The position numbers and the translations under genes were made by a program. A stretch of 64,000 nt of DNA from Flavobacteriales bacterium (GTDB lineage: Bacteria > Bacteroidota > Bacteroidia > Flavobacteriales_D > Sanyastnellaceae): positions 11,537-75,536 of the forward strand of contig DAIOCL010000001.1 in the NCBI GenBank assembly GCA_036747335.1, written 5' to 3'. Positions within the stretch are counted from its first letter, which is position 1. The number at the start of each line of letters is the position of its first letter. The notes beneath the pieces are model-generated. The model had not been told where the DNA came from, did not search any database, and worked only from the letters and a program-made list of their open reading frames with translations. Positions 9,229-17,275 of this stretch are shown here, one piece after another.

Positions 9229-12095
9229 GACGCACGCTGGTTTTGCCTTCCCTGTCTGATGCGATGGCGTATGGCCATTACCGACCCGATGACCATCACA
9301 ATGCAGCCGAGCCAAAGCACGCTGATCTGCGGGAAAACCACGGCATGGTAAACAATAAAATCGCGCTTCATCGAGCGGTGCATCTGCATGGTCAGTTCGA
9401 TGCCGCCGCGCACCTCCTGCAGCGAAAGCTTCACCGGCCACAGCGTAGTCTCGGTTGCAAAGGGAATCGCCACACTGTCGGCCATCATGGCCATGGGTAT
9501 TGTTATTTCCTCTCCCCGCCCATGACCATGGCCATGCCCGTCATCCTCCCAAATGCGCACATAGGCACGCTTGATGTCGACATTTTGCGGCAGGTGGGGC
9601 GGAATGCTGTCGAGTTTTACGATGCTGTCTACCATCAACACAATTTCGGTTGTCAGTTCAACTTCCTTTCCGAGCGGAATAATATGCGATTGGGCAGGCA
9701 GGTACTCGGCTGTATCTGCTTTTTCCGTGTCGGCGTATTTCAGGAAGGTATAGAGGTCGTGACTCAGAAAATGCGCGATGCTCGGTTCACGGCTGTTGCC
9801 CTTGTTGGATTGCAGGATGGAAGGCTCGAGTGTGAAGAGGTAATTGCCCGGCTCACCGTGCGTCCAGGGCGCTACGCTTTCGAGCATTTCTTCTTTCGGG
9901 GGAAGCGGATACCACAGCGAATCGGTTTCCCAATCGTGCAGAAAACTGTCCGACGCTATATGGTCTTCCGCACACCGAAACAGCAGACCGCTGTTTTGTA
10001 CAATGTCATCTTTGCGGTACTGCCTCGGCCTGCTGTCGAGATAGTCGACACTGCATACCAGCCTGTCGCCCCGCCATTCCTTTCCCTTATACACCACAAA
10101 GTACTGGGCCAGAGGCAGCGTGTCGTGCTGCGTGAGGGCAATATCCTCGTTGTTTTTGAAATCGCTCGACAGGCTGCGTATATCGAAGGTGTCGTTGTGG
10201 CTGACGATACGCTGCCGCGACATGGACAACACTGCACCCAGCATCAACAGCGCAAATCCGATATGGGCCACACTGGCGCCCATGTGGTCAATGTTGCCCT
10301 TGAGGACAAGCCATGCGTAATCCACATTGGCCACCAGGGCAAATACACATGAAAAAACCAGCGCTACTTCAGGATAGTTGACACCGCCGAAATCGCCCGT
10401 TAGCAATATGCCGGCCGTCAGTGCCAGGGCGATACCTATTGACGGCAACACGCGCTTCATAAATTTCTGAAAGGGTGTGTCGCTGTATTTGAGAAACTGG
10501 CCAAAGCCGGTGAGCAGGGTTATGATGATGGCCAGTGGCACCTGAAACCTGTGGTATTCGGCAAAACGCGCAGACTCCTTACCGGCCGTGAAATTGGCCT
10601 GCTGAAGGTGCTGAAGAAATTCAGAATCCGTGCCTGCAAACCATGTCTGCAACCAGGGCTTGAAGGGCGCAATAAAAATATTGGCTACCGGAATGGAGGT
10701 GTAGAGTGTAATCTGCACCGCACTGACCAGTAGCACCAGGGCACCTATGAACATCCAGAATTCGCGGCTCCACAATGCCTCTTCCTTTTCCTGTCTGGGA
10801 AAATGCCGACGAAAGCTATGCACCATAAACCAGACCGATGAGAGCATAAAAAGCAGGGTGAGCAGGGGAACCCAGGTGCCTTCTCCGGGAATGGCACCCT
10901 CTTTCACTTCACCATCGGCACTGACTACACTGATGATGGAAAGAATGAACATGAGCGCCGAGGAGAGCAGGTAAGTATTGCGGTGAACCCTGCCCATAGG
11001 CAGCAGCGCGGTCGAAAGCAGCACAAAAAACAAGAGGTAAAACAGCAGCTGGGGCAAAATGCCGCTGTCTACAAATGAATGCACACTGCTGTCGCCCAAT
11101 ACCCCGCTGCGGTTGAGGAAGGTGGAATACAGCACCAGAATGAATGAGCCGATGGTAAGCAGAATTGCGGTGAATACCGCAGTGGGTTTGCGTCGGTTGA
11201 GAACCAACAGGTGGGCCGCCCCGGCCAGGGTAAGCCAAGGAACAAGGGAAGCATTTTCAACAGGATCCCAGGCCCAGAAACCGCCGAAGCCCAGGGCTTC
11301 ATAAGCCCATGCGCCGCCCATGAGAATACCCGCACCCAGGAAGGCCACTCCGAAGAAGGCCCAGGGTATGGCCGGTGCCATCCAGCCCGTCAGGTCGCGC
11401 TTCCACAGGCCTGCGACGGCGTATACAAAAGGAACGATGGTCGCGGCGAATCCCAGAAACAGCATGGGCGGATGAATGGTCATCCAATAATTCTGCAACA
11501 GCGGATTCAAGCCCCTGCCGTCGCGGAAGGCCTCAAAATCGGTGAGGTACGAAGGATTGATGGTCCATGGCAATCCGAAATTGGAAGGGTGCTCGCGCAT
11601 CAGCAGGAAAGGATTGCTTCCAAACTGGTAGTCTCCGAAATAGACACCCAGCAGCATGGAGGCCAGAAAAGCCTGCACCAGCGAGAAAATCGTCATCACA
11701 TGCGGCTCCCATGCTCCGGCTCGCCGCTGAAGGAACAATCCCAGCACTACATGCCAGATCGTCCAAAGCAGAAAACTTCCCTCCTGGCCTTCCCAAAGGC
11801 AGGAAAAGATGTACTGCATGGGCATGGCGTTGCTGAGGTGGTCCCAGGCATATTTGTATTCGTACAGGTGGTTAAAAAGGATGTAAAACAATGTGCCCAC
11901 AATGCCCACCACCGCAACGGCATGGATGCGAAACGCCCAACGCGCCGCGCGCTTCAGCACCGCATCTTCGGGCCGGCTGCTCAGCGTGTAATACAGCCAT
12001 GTGGCCACCAGGGATGCCACAAATGACAACACCACAAGAAAGTTCCCCAGTATGCCCGGTAGCCTGTGTTCACCGAGGTATTCTATTCCGTCCAT
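9225..12095 (-). CDS. ccmF: cytochrome c-type biogenesis protein CcmF with a long C-terminal periplasmic extension
   Basis: 956 aa and polytopic. Has a Trp-rich heme-handling region (GGFWAWDPVENASLVPW). Extra C-terminal domain of about 300 aa, then a final TM segment. Confidence 0.85.
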   Translation of the reverse strand: MDGIEYLGEHRLPGILGNFLVVLSFVASLVATWLYYTLSSRPEDAVLKRAARWAFRIHAVAVVGIVGTLFYILFNHLYEYKYAWDHLSNAMPMQYIFSCLWEGQEGSFLLWTIWHVVLGLFLQRRAGAWEPHVMTIFSLVQAFLASMLLGVYFGDYQFGSNPFLLMREHPSNFGLPWTINPSYLTDFEAFRDGRGLNPLLQNYWMTIHPPMLFLGFAATIVPFVYAVAGLWKRDLTGWMAPAIPWAFFGVAFLGAGILMGGAWAYEALGFGGFWAWDPVENASLVPWLTLAGAAHLLVLNRRKPTAVFTAILLTIGSFILVLYSTFLNRSGVLGDSSVHSFVDSGILPQLLFYLLFFVLLSTALLPMGRVHRNTYLLSSALMFILSIISVVSADGEVKEGAIPGEGTWVPLLTLLFMLSSVWFMVHSFRRHFPRQEKEEALWSREFWMFIGALVLLVSAVQITLYTSIPVANIFIAPFKPWLQTWFAGTDSEFLQHLQQANFTAGKESARFAEYHRFQVPLAIIITLLTGFGQFLKYSDTPFQKFMKRVLPSIGIALALTAGILLTGDFGGVNYPEVALVFSCVFALVANVDYAWLVLKGNIDHMGASVAHIGFALLMLGAVLSMSRQRIVSHNDTFDIRSLSSDFKNNEDIALTQHDTLPLAQYFVVYKGKEWRGDRLVCSVDYLDSRPRQYRKDDIVQNSGLLFRCAEDHIASDSFLHDWETDSLWYPLPPKEEMLESVAPWTHGEPGNYLFTLEPSILQSNKGNSREPSIAHFLSHDLYTFLKYADTEKADTAEYLPAQSHIIPLGKEVELTTEIVLMVDSIVKLDSIPPHLPQNVDIKRAYVRIWEDDGHGHGHGRGEEITIPMAMMADSVAIPFATETTLWPVKLSLQEVRGGIELTMQMHRSMKRDFIVYHAVVFPQISVLWLGCIVMVIGSVMAIRHRIRQGRQNQRAS

Positions 12096-12502
12096 CAGTT
12101 TTCCGCTGTATCAAGCAAGTGCTTATTCTGGTTGTATTTGGAAGGACATTTCATCTGTATGTCCGTGGCCTGAAAGCGGCCGTTCTCATCGTAGGCGCCA
12201 AAGAGGTTTACCGACTCTGAACGCTCCAGGTCCACCGGCCTTCCTTCCCGGCTTCTGAGGTATACCCGTTGCGAAAATCCGCTTTTGTCTTTCATGCTGA
12301 ACACCGTGAGGTTGGCGTCACGCAGGGGATCATTTTCCACCGGGTAAGCGGGATCAAAAAAACCCGACACCTTAAATTCTTTGCCCGGCTTTGCCAGGGC
12401 CTCACTGAAACTCACAGACGTGTTGGCCGCCGTGTAAGTAGACACAAGGATGGCCGACACCGCGGCAATCAGCACTATGAGTATGATGTGAATCTTCTTC
12501 AT
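12095..12502 (-). CDS. ccmE: cytochrome c maturation protein CcmE, CxxxY variant
   Basis: N-terminal TM anchor and an OB-fold-sized body. MKCPSKY sits where HxxxY is normally found. Position between ccmD and ccmF supports the call. Confidence 0.8.
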   Translation of the reverse strand: MKKIHIILIVLIAAVSAILVSTYTAANTSVSFSEALAKPGKEFKVSGFFDPAYPVENDPLRDANLTVFSMKDKSGFSQRVYLRSREGRPVDLERSESVNLFGAYDENGRFQATDIQMKCPSKYNQNKHLLDTAEN

Positions 12503-12511
12503 GACGCACGG

Positions 12512-12733
12512 TTATTTCTTTCTCAGCGATTTTTCAATCCGGCTCACCTTGCGGTCAAGTCGCCACACGTAGGCGAGTATGCCCAGCAGGATGACTGCGG
12601 CGACGGCAATGACCACTTTGATCTTGCCGGTTGAATAGAATACATCGTTCATGCGTTCTTCAAACTGCGCAAATGCCGGAATGCCGATGCACAAAAGGGC
12701 GCACAGGGCGAATATTTTATGGAATGTGTTCAT
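12512..12733 (-). CDS. ccmD: CcmD-like small membrane protein
   Basis: I chose the internal start MNTFHKIF. 73 aa with a TM segment followed by a basic tail (WRLDRKVSRIEKSLRKK). Lies between ccmC and ccmE. Confidence 0.6.
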   Translation of the reverse strand: MNTFHKIFALCALLCIGIPAFAQFEERMNDVFYSTGKIKVVIAVAAVILLGILAYVWRLDRKVSRIEKSLRKK

Positions 12734-13793
12734 AAGCGGTTTCCTGTAAACGGGAGATGCGGTGTCTGAGGTTGTAAAGCCAGTAACCGAAGAGTATCCA
12801 GGCAGCCACGGCGGGATAAAACACGGCGCGAAGTGAAGCATCGAGGTCATAACTCGAAAAAGCTGGTGTACCTTCCTTACCGGGATGCAGCGATGCCACA
12901 AACTTCGGCATCACCATAAGCAGCACCACCATCATAACAAAGGCAAAAATGTTATACACAGCGGAGAGCCGCGCACGCTTCTCATCATCCTCCACCGTGG
13001 CACGCAGCACGATATAGGAAGCATAAAGCAGAAAAACCACCAGCGCGCCATTCAGCTGGGGATCATTGGTCCACCAGGCTGTCCATGTAAACCTCGCCCA
13101 GATACTGCCTGTGAGCAGACCCAGTATACAAAATACGAGGCCTACAGACACGGCTGCTGCAGCCCGTCGGTCATGCACGAGGGCAGTGACACCTGATTGC
13201 CTGTCAAGCGCTTCGCCTGATGGTTTGCGCTGAAGTTTCAACATATAGGCCACACTCTGAACCACGGAAATGAACATCAGAAAAAACATAGTAAACCACA
13301 TAGGCACATGCCACATCAGGTTGCGAATACTCTCAAAAATCACCGGCTGAAACGGGAAGCCAAATGCGGTGTAAACATTGTTCTTCACTTTCACCTCACA
13401 CCGACCCGCATCTTTGCCGGATGATATCGCCGCTGCTGCGGTGCGCAATGCCAGTGGTAAATAAATCGTTCCATCGGTATCATTGTTCACATAGACCGAC
13501 ATGATGGGGGCACTCAGCGTATCAGGCAGCACACATTCGACCGCTAACTCATGGTCGCTCAGCGCTTGTACCTCCGTGCAGTAATAGACGCTGTCGCCTT
13601 CGAGGAAGGCCTGCAGTGATGCCGACGATTGGCTGAAATGGGTTCGGTAACCATATACCCTGAAGGTGTTGAGCCCGGGTTTGACCTCCCGCTTGTCGGT
13701 GCCTGTAAGGCCCGGCACCATGGGCACCCAAAGGCTGAAAACCGCCACATAGAGCAGCAGCGAGGCACAAATTACTTTGAGGACAGGGTGCAT
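12717..13793 (-). CDS. ccmC: heme exporter protein CcmC-like (cytochrome c assembly protein)
   Basis: Polytopic, with a Trp-rich motif WARFTWTAWWTNDPQLNG. Has an N-terminal extra domain. Confidence 0.8.
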   Translation of the reverse strand: MHPVLKVICASLLLYVAVFSLWVPMVPGLTGTDKREVKPGLNTFRVYGYRTHFSQSSASLQAFLEGDSVYYCTEVQALSDHELAVECVLPDTLSAPIMSVYVNNDTDGTIYLPLALRTAAAAISSGKDAGRCEVKVKNNVYTAFGFPFQPVIFESIRNLMWHVPMWFTMFFLMFISVVQSVAYMLKLQRKPSGEALDRQSGVTALVHDRRAAAAVSVGLVFCILGLLTGSIWARFTWTAWWTNDPQLNGALVVFLLYASYIVLRATVEDDEKRARLSAVYNIFAFVMMVVLLMVMPKFVASLHPGKEGTPAFSSYDLDASLRAVFYPAVAAWILFGYWLYNLRHRISRLQETAYEHIP

Positions 13794-13853
13794 ATTAATT
13801 GCTTGACTTTCATGCCAGTAACCAATTTTCTACGCTGCGTCACCGGCCTGCCA

Positions 13854-14564
13854 TTATTCACGCCAAAGGTAGGGAAACAACAGAGCAGCCAACAGAACCG
13901 CACTCACAGTAAGCACCCCCATGACCAACAGCTGAAACATGTTTTCACTCCACGGAAGCCCCTCCAGCGCGTGAAGGCTGAAACGCACTACCGAAAGGAG
14001 GAGCGGTATGAGTACCGGAAAACCAAGAATGGCCATAAGTCCCGGACTGTTGCCCGCCTTGTAGGCCAGTCCGGCAATAAAAGTGACCATCGCTGCCAGG
14101 CCGATACTGCCCACGGCCAGCCCCGTAAAAAACTGCACCATGTCAGCCTGTTCGGTAATTCCCTGGCCGAGGAACAACAGAAAAAGCGCCAGTGAAAACG
14201 TATTGAGCAGTAGCACCAACAGCGCATTGTACAACATTTTTCCGAGGATCACCGCCCGCGCGCTGACAAGGGTATAGAGGTAGAGCTGAACACCCTGACC
14301 TTCTGCCTGAAAGGTGCGCATGAGGGCATTGAATACGGTAAAAATGGCTGTAATCCAAACCAGGGCGCCCCAGGTGGCCACCTTGTCAACCCGCTGCAAG
14401 GTCAGGTAGCACACAAATACGGTGCTGATGACATAGATAACGATACCCGCAAGGGCGTGCCGCTGCCGAAATTCCAGCATAAATTCCTTTCTGACCAGAG
14501 CGGCGATTTCGCGAAACAGTAACACCCTGCAAATGAAACAAAAAAGAAGGCCGGTCATGACCAA
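13854..14564 (-). CDS. ccmB: heme exporter permease CcmB
   Basis: Six hydrophobic segments. The LFREIAALVRKEFMLEFRQRHA N-terminus is typical of CcmB. The true start may be the GTG at 14525. Confidence 0.8.
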   Translation of the reverse strand: MVMTGLLFCFICRVLLFREIAALVRKEFMLEFRQRHALAGIVIYVISTVFVCYLTLQRVDKVATWGALVWITAIFTVFNALMRTFQAEGQGVQLYLYTLVSARAVILGKMLYNALLVLLLNTFSLALFLLFLGQGITEQADMVQFFTGLAVGSIGLAAMVTFIAGLAYKAGNSPGLMAILGFPVLIPLLLSVVRFSLHALEGLPWSENMFQLLVMGVLTVSAVLLAALLFPYLWRE

Positions 14565-14657
14565 GGCGCAATTTATCCGTCAACCGGTTGGGATGCGCAG
14601 CACCCGCACCCAACGCCCCCGCGAAGCGCAAAGGGTGCAGGGCGTACCTTTAGCCCC

Positions 14658-15353
14658 ATGCCGGAGAAACGCAAAACGCTGGTCGTATTTACAGGGGCCG
14701 GAGTGAGTGCCGAAAGCGGAATACCCACCTTCCGGGGCAGCGACGGCCTGTGGGAAAACCACCGCATTGAAGACGTGGCTACACCCGGTGCCTGGCAGCG
14801 CAATCCTGCGCAGGTGCAGGAATTTTACAACCTACGGCGAAAAAAAATCCTGGAAAGCCAGCCCAACCGCGGCCACCATATTCTCGCCGAACTGGAAACC
14901 TCCTTCGACGTGCACATCATTACCCAAAACATCGACGACCTGCACGAGAGGGCCGGGTCAACGCAGGTGCTTCACCTCCATGGTGAAATCACCAAGTCAC
15001 GCAGCACTTTACCGCCCCATGCGGTATATTCCATTGAGGGCTGGTACCTCGACCCTGATGCGCGCTGCCCGCAAGGTGCACCGCTGCGTCCGCACATCGT
15101 CTGGTTTGGCGAAGAAGTGCCGCTGATGGAAGAAGCCCTGCGCATCACCTCCGGGGCAGACCTCTTTGCTGTGGTAGGCACTTCGCTTCAGGTTTATCCT
15201 GCAGCAGGACTTGTGCACGAGGTTTCTAAAGGAGTTCCGATGTATGTGGTTGACCCGGTGGTACCGGACATGGCAGACCGTTTGAGCATCACGCCCATTC
15301 GTGCGGTGGCTTCGGAAGGACTGGAAATCCTGCGCCGCCTGCTGGGCGAATGA
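14658..15353 (+). CDS. cobB: NAD-dependent protein deacylase, short Sir2/CobB family
   Basis: Contains GAGVSAESGIPTFRG, QNIDDLHERAG, HLHG and VWFGE motifs. 231 aa with only one Cys in the whole protein. Confidence 0.85.
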   Translation: MPEKRKTLVVFTGAGVSAESGIPTFRGSDGLWENHRIEDVATPGAWQRNPAQVQEFYNLRRKKILESQPNRGHHILAELETSFDVHIITQNIDDLHERAGSTQVLHLHGEITKSRSTLPPHAVYSIEGWYLDPDARCPQGAPLRPHIVWFGEEVPLMEEALRITSGADLFAVVGTSLQVYPAAGLVHEVSKGVPMYVVDPVVPDMADRLSITPIRAVASEGLEILRRLLGE

Positions 15354-15362
15354 CCGCCGCGC

Positions 15363-17264
15363 TCACATGCCTTCGACCTCGGTCGAGCAGTTACCTGTGC
15401 CGAAGTAAGACATCAGCAGAAGCAAATCACCCACATTGACCACTGAGGCGCCCGGTGTAGCCGCATAATCGCCGTCGCAGTAATAGCCGGGCTCTGAAAC
15501 ACAACCGAAGAGGCCAAGGAACAGGATCAGGTCGCTCACGTTGACACAAAAATCCTGCGTGAGGTCTCCGGGCACGGTTACAAAAATTTCTTTCTCCTGG
15601 GTAGTTCCTATGTCGCCGCTGGCATCGCGCATCCTCACATACAATTTATGCAGACCGAGCGAAGTGCCCTCCAGGTTGATGTTGTACTCCTCCTCCCACG
15701 TAGTGCCAGTAGCCGGGAATACGGTACCTGCTCCATAGCCTGGATCTTCGTCGAGAAAAAACTCTACCTGCTGGATATCGGGCTCAGGAGCCTCATCAGG
15801 CAACACGTAAATGGTGCGGCAAATGGTGGTGGAAAAACCGCCGTTTGCATCACTGCTGCGTATCGAAAGGCAATGCGGACCGGGAGCAAGTCCGGCAAGC
15901 GGCGCGGTGAACGTAATCTCCGACAAGGGGGAATCATTGGGGTTGAATTCAGCGAGGGCTGCCCCGAAGGAAGGGTCGTCGTCAATAAAAAACTCAATAC
16001 GGGTGACATTGGGCACCTGGTCATCGGCCTTCACCTGAAAATCCGACTCGCGCGAATGGCTCCACCGGCCATCTGATTGCCTGACCCGGTAGACGATACG
16101 GTGAAACCCATTGGCCAGGCCACCGGTGTTAACGGCAAAGCATGCCGTGCCTGAGACTCCGGAAACAGCAAAAGGTGTTCCGTTGCCAGGTCCGGGCTCG
16201 GTATCGATAAAGTACTCGCCGCCGTTCATGGCAATGGCGTCGGGAGAAACGAAACTGACTGTCACACAACCGGCCTGACCGGAAACGAAACAGGGCGGTA
16301 CGACCCCGAAATTGAGATAGGGCAAATCGAGGCCGCTCAGGATATACGGATCAGCGCCGCCAAACATGCCCACCTGTCCGCCGTCTTCCGCAATTCCGAG
16401 TGCAGGCGACAATGCGGACACCAGCCATTGGCTATCTCCCGCAGGTGTGGCGCCGGCAAAAAAACTGAACGGGTTGGCGTCAAATACGTTGGAGAATCCG
16501 GTTATAGATCCCTGAGGCACATTGAGCCCTGCCGAAAACAGGTTGTTGTTAAAAACGCTGCCCGCGTAGTTGACCAGCTGTGTCAGATAAAAGATGTTAT
16601 TGACGAGTAAAGAATTGCCCGGGCTGCATGTGCCGTCAGAGAAAGTGTTGTAAGAAAAAATTGTATTGACCGAAGCAGCAGACTCCACGATGAGTTGGTC
16701 TTGAAATGGTGGTGAAGCCGACCCGAAAAAATTGTTGCTGAAGGCGAGATTAAAACAACCCGACAGGCTCAGGGCCGTCTGGCCGGGCGGCGCAGCGAAA
16801 TAATTTTTTCTGAAGGCGCTGAATGCACAGTTGTTAAGCATGGCACGGCCGATTCTGCAGTGCGCTACGGTGAAGGGATTTCCACTCACCATCAGCAGCC
16901 TGACCGAAAGCCCGCTCAGCGTAGTACCCGCAGCCGAAGGCGTCAGGATAAGCGCATCAAATTCGGGTACCGCCATACCATCTGCATACACCACATTTTC
17001 GGAGAGGAAATAGCCCGTTCCGAAGAAGTGCAGTTTCTTATCAACGGTCACGGGCGGAAAAGGCGACAGCAAATCCGCACCACCGCTGCCGGCGATGCCT
17101 TCGATATAAAGGGTATCTCCGGGCTGCGCAGCCGCTATCGCTGCTGCCGGATCGTGGAAAGGCGTCAGGCTAAAAAGGTCGGGGTTCACCCTGAGGACCG
17201 CAGCACCGGCGTCTGAGACCGCCCCAAGCAGCATCAGCGCAATGGAAAATTTCAGGGAGTTCAT
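15363..17264 (-). CDS. secreted parallel-beta-helix protein with three EYFxDxDPGxG modules and a dockerin-like C-terminus
   Basis: I chose the start at MNSLKFSIALMLLGA (signal peptide). The N-terminal ~340 aa are paralogous to the next gene (GTGYFLSEN, MFGGADPY). Three ~90-aa repeats follow (GGEYFIDTEPGPGNG, RIEFFIDDDPSFG, QVEFFLDEDPGYGAG). The tail has a duplicated VNVxDLxLxxxxFG motif. Confidence 0.75.
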   Translation of the reverse strand: MNSLKFSIALMLLGAVSDAGAAVLRVNPDLFSLTPFHDPAAAIAAAQPGDTLYIEGIAGSGGADLLSPFPPVTVDKKLHFFGTGYFLSENVVYADGMAVPEFDALILTPSAAGTTLSGLSVRLLMVSGNPFTVAHCRIGRAMLNNCAFSAFRKNYFAAPPGQTALSLSGCFNLAFSNNFFGSASPPFQDQLIVESAASVNTIFSYNTFSDGTCSPGNSLLVNNIFYLTQLVNYAGSVFNNNLFSAGLNVPQGSITGFSNVFDANPFSFFAGATPAGDSQWLVSALSPALGIAEDGGQVGMFGGADPYILSGLDLPYLNFGVVPPCFVSGQAGCVTVSFVSPDAIAMNGGEYFIDTEPGPGNGTPFAVSGVSGTACFAVNTGGLANGFHRIVYRVRQSDGRWSHSRESDFQVKADDQVPNVTRIEFFIDDDPSFGAALAEFNPNDSPLSEITFTAPLAGLAPGPHCLSIRSSDANGGFSTTICRTIYVLPDEAPEPDIQQVEFFLDEDPGYGAGTVFPATGTTWEEEYNINLEGTSLGLHKLYVRMRDASGDIGTTQEKEIFVTVPGDLTQDFCVNVSDLILFLGLFGCVSEPGYYCDGDYAATPGASVVNVGDLLLLMSYFGTGNCSTEVEGM

Positions 17265-17275
17265 GGGGCTGCGGT

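Noticed and set aside
9513-9542. Short tandem nucleotide repeats (the CATGGN repeat in ccmF, and the GCN/AAR-rich tract at 58551-59045) as possible CRISPR or satellite arrays.
   Set aside because: They lie within coding sequence, encode low-complexity peptide, and show no repeat-spacer architecture.
14658-15353. SIR2-domain gene as a possible anti-phage system (Thoeris, DSR or SIR2-HerA-like).
   Set aside because: It is a 231-aa CobB-type deacylase with full catalytic motifs. It has no fused effector or sensor domain and no partner gene. Its neighbours are ccm genes and a secreted protein.
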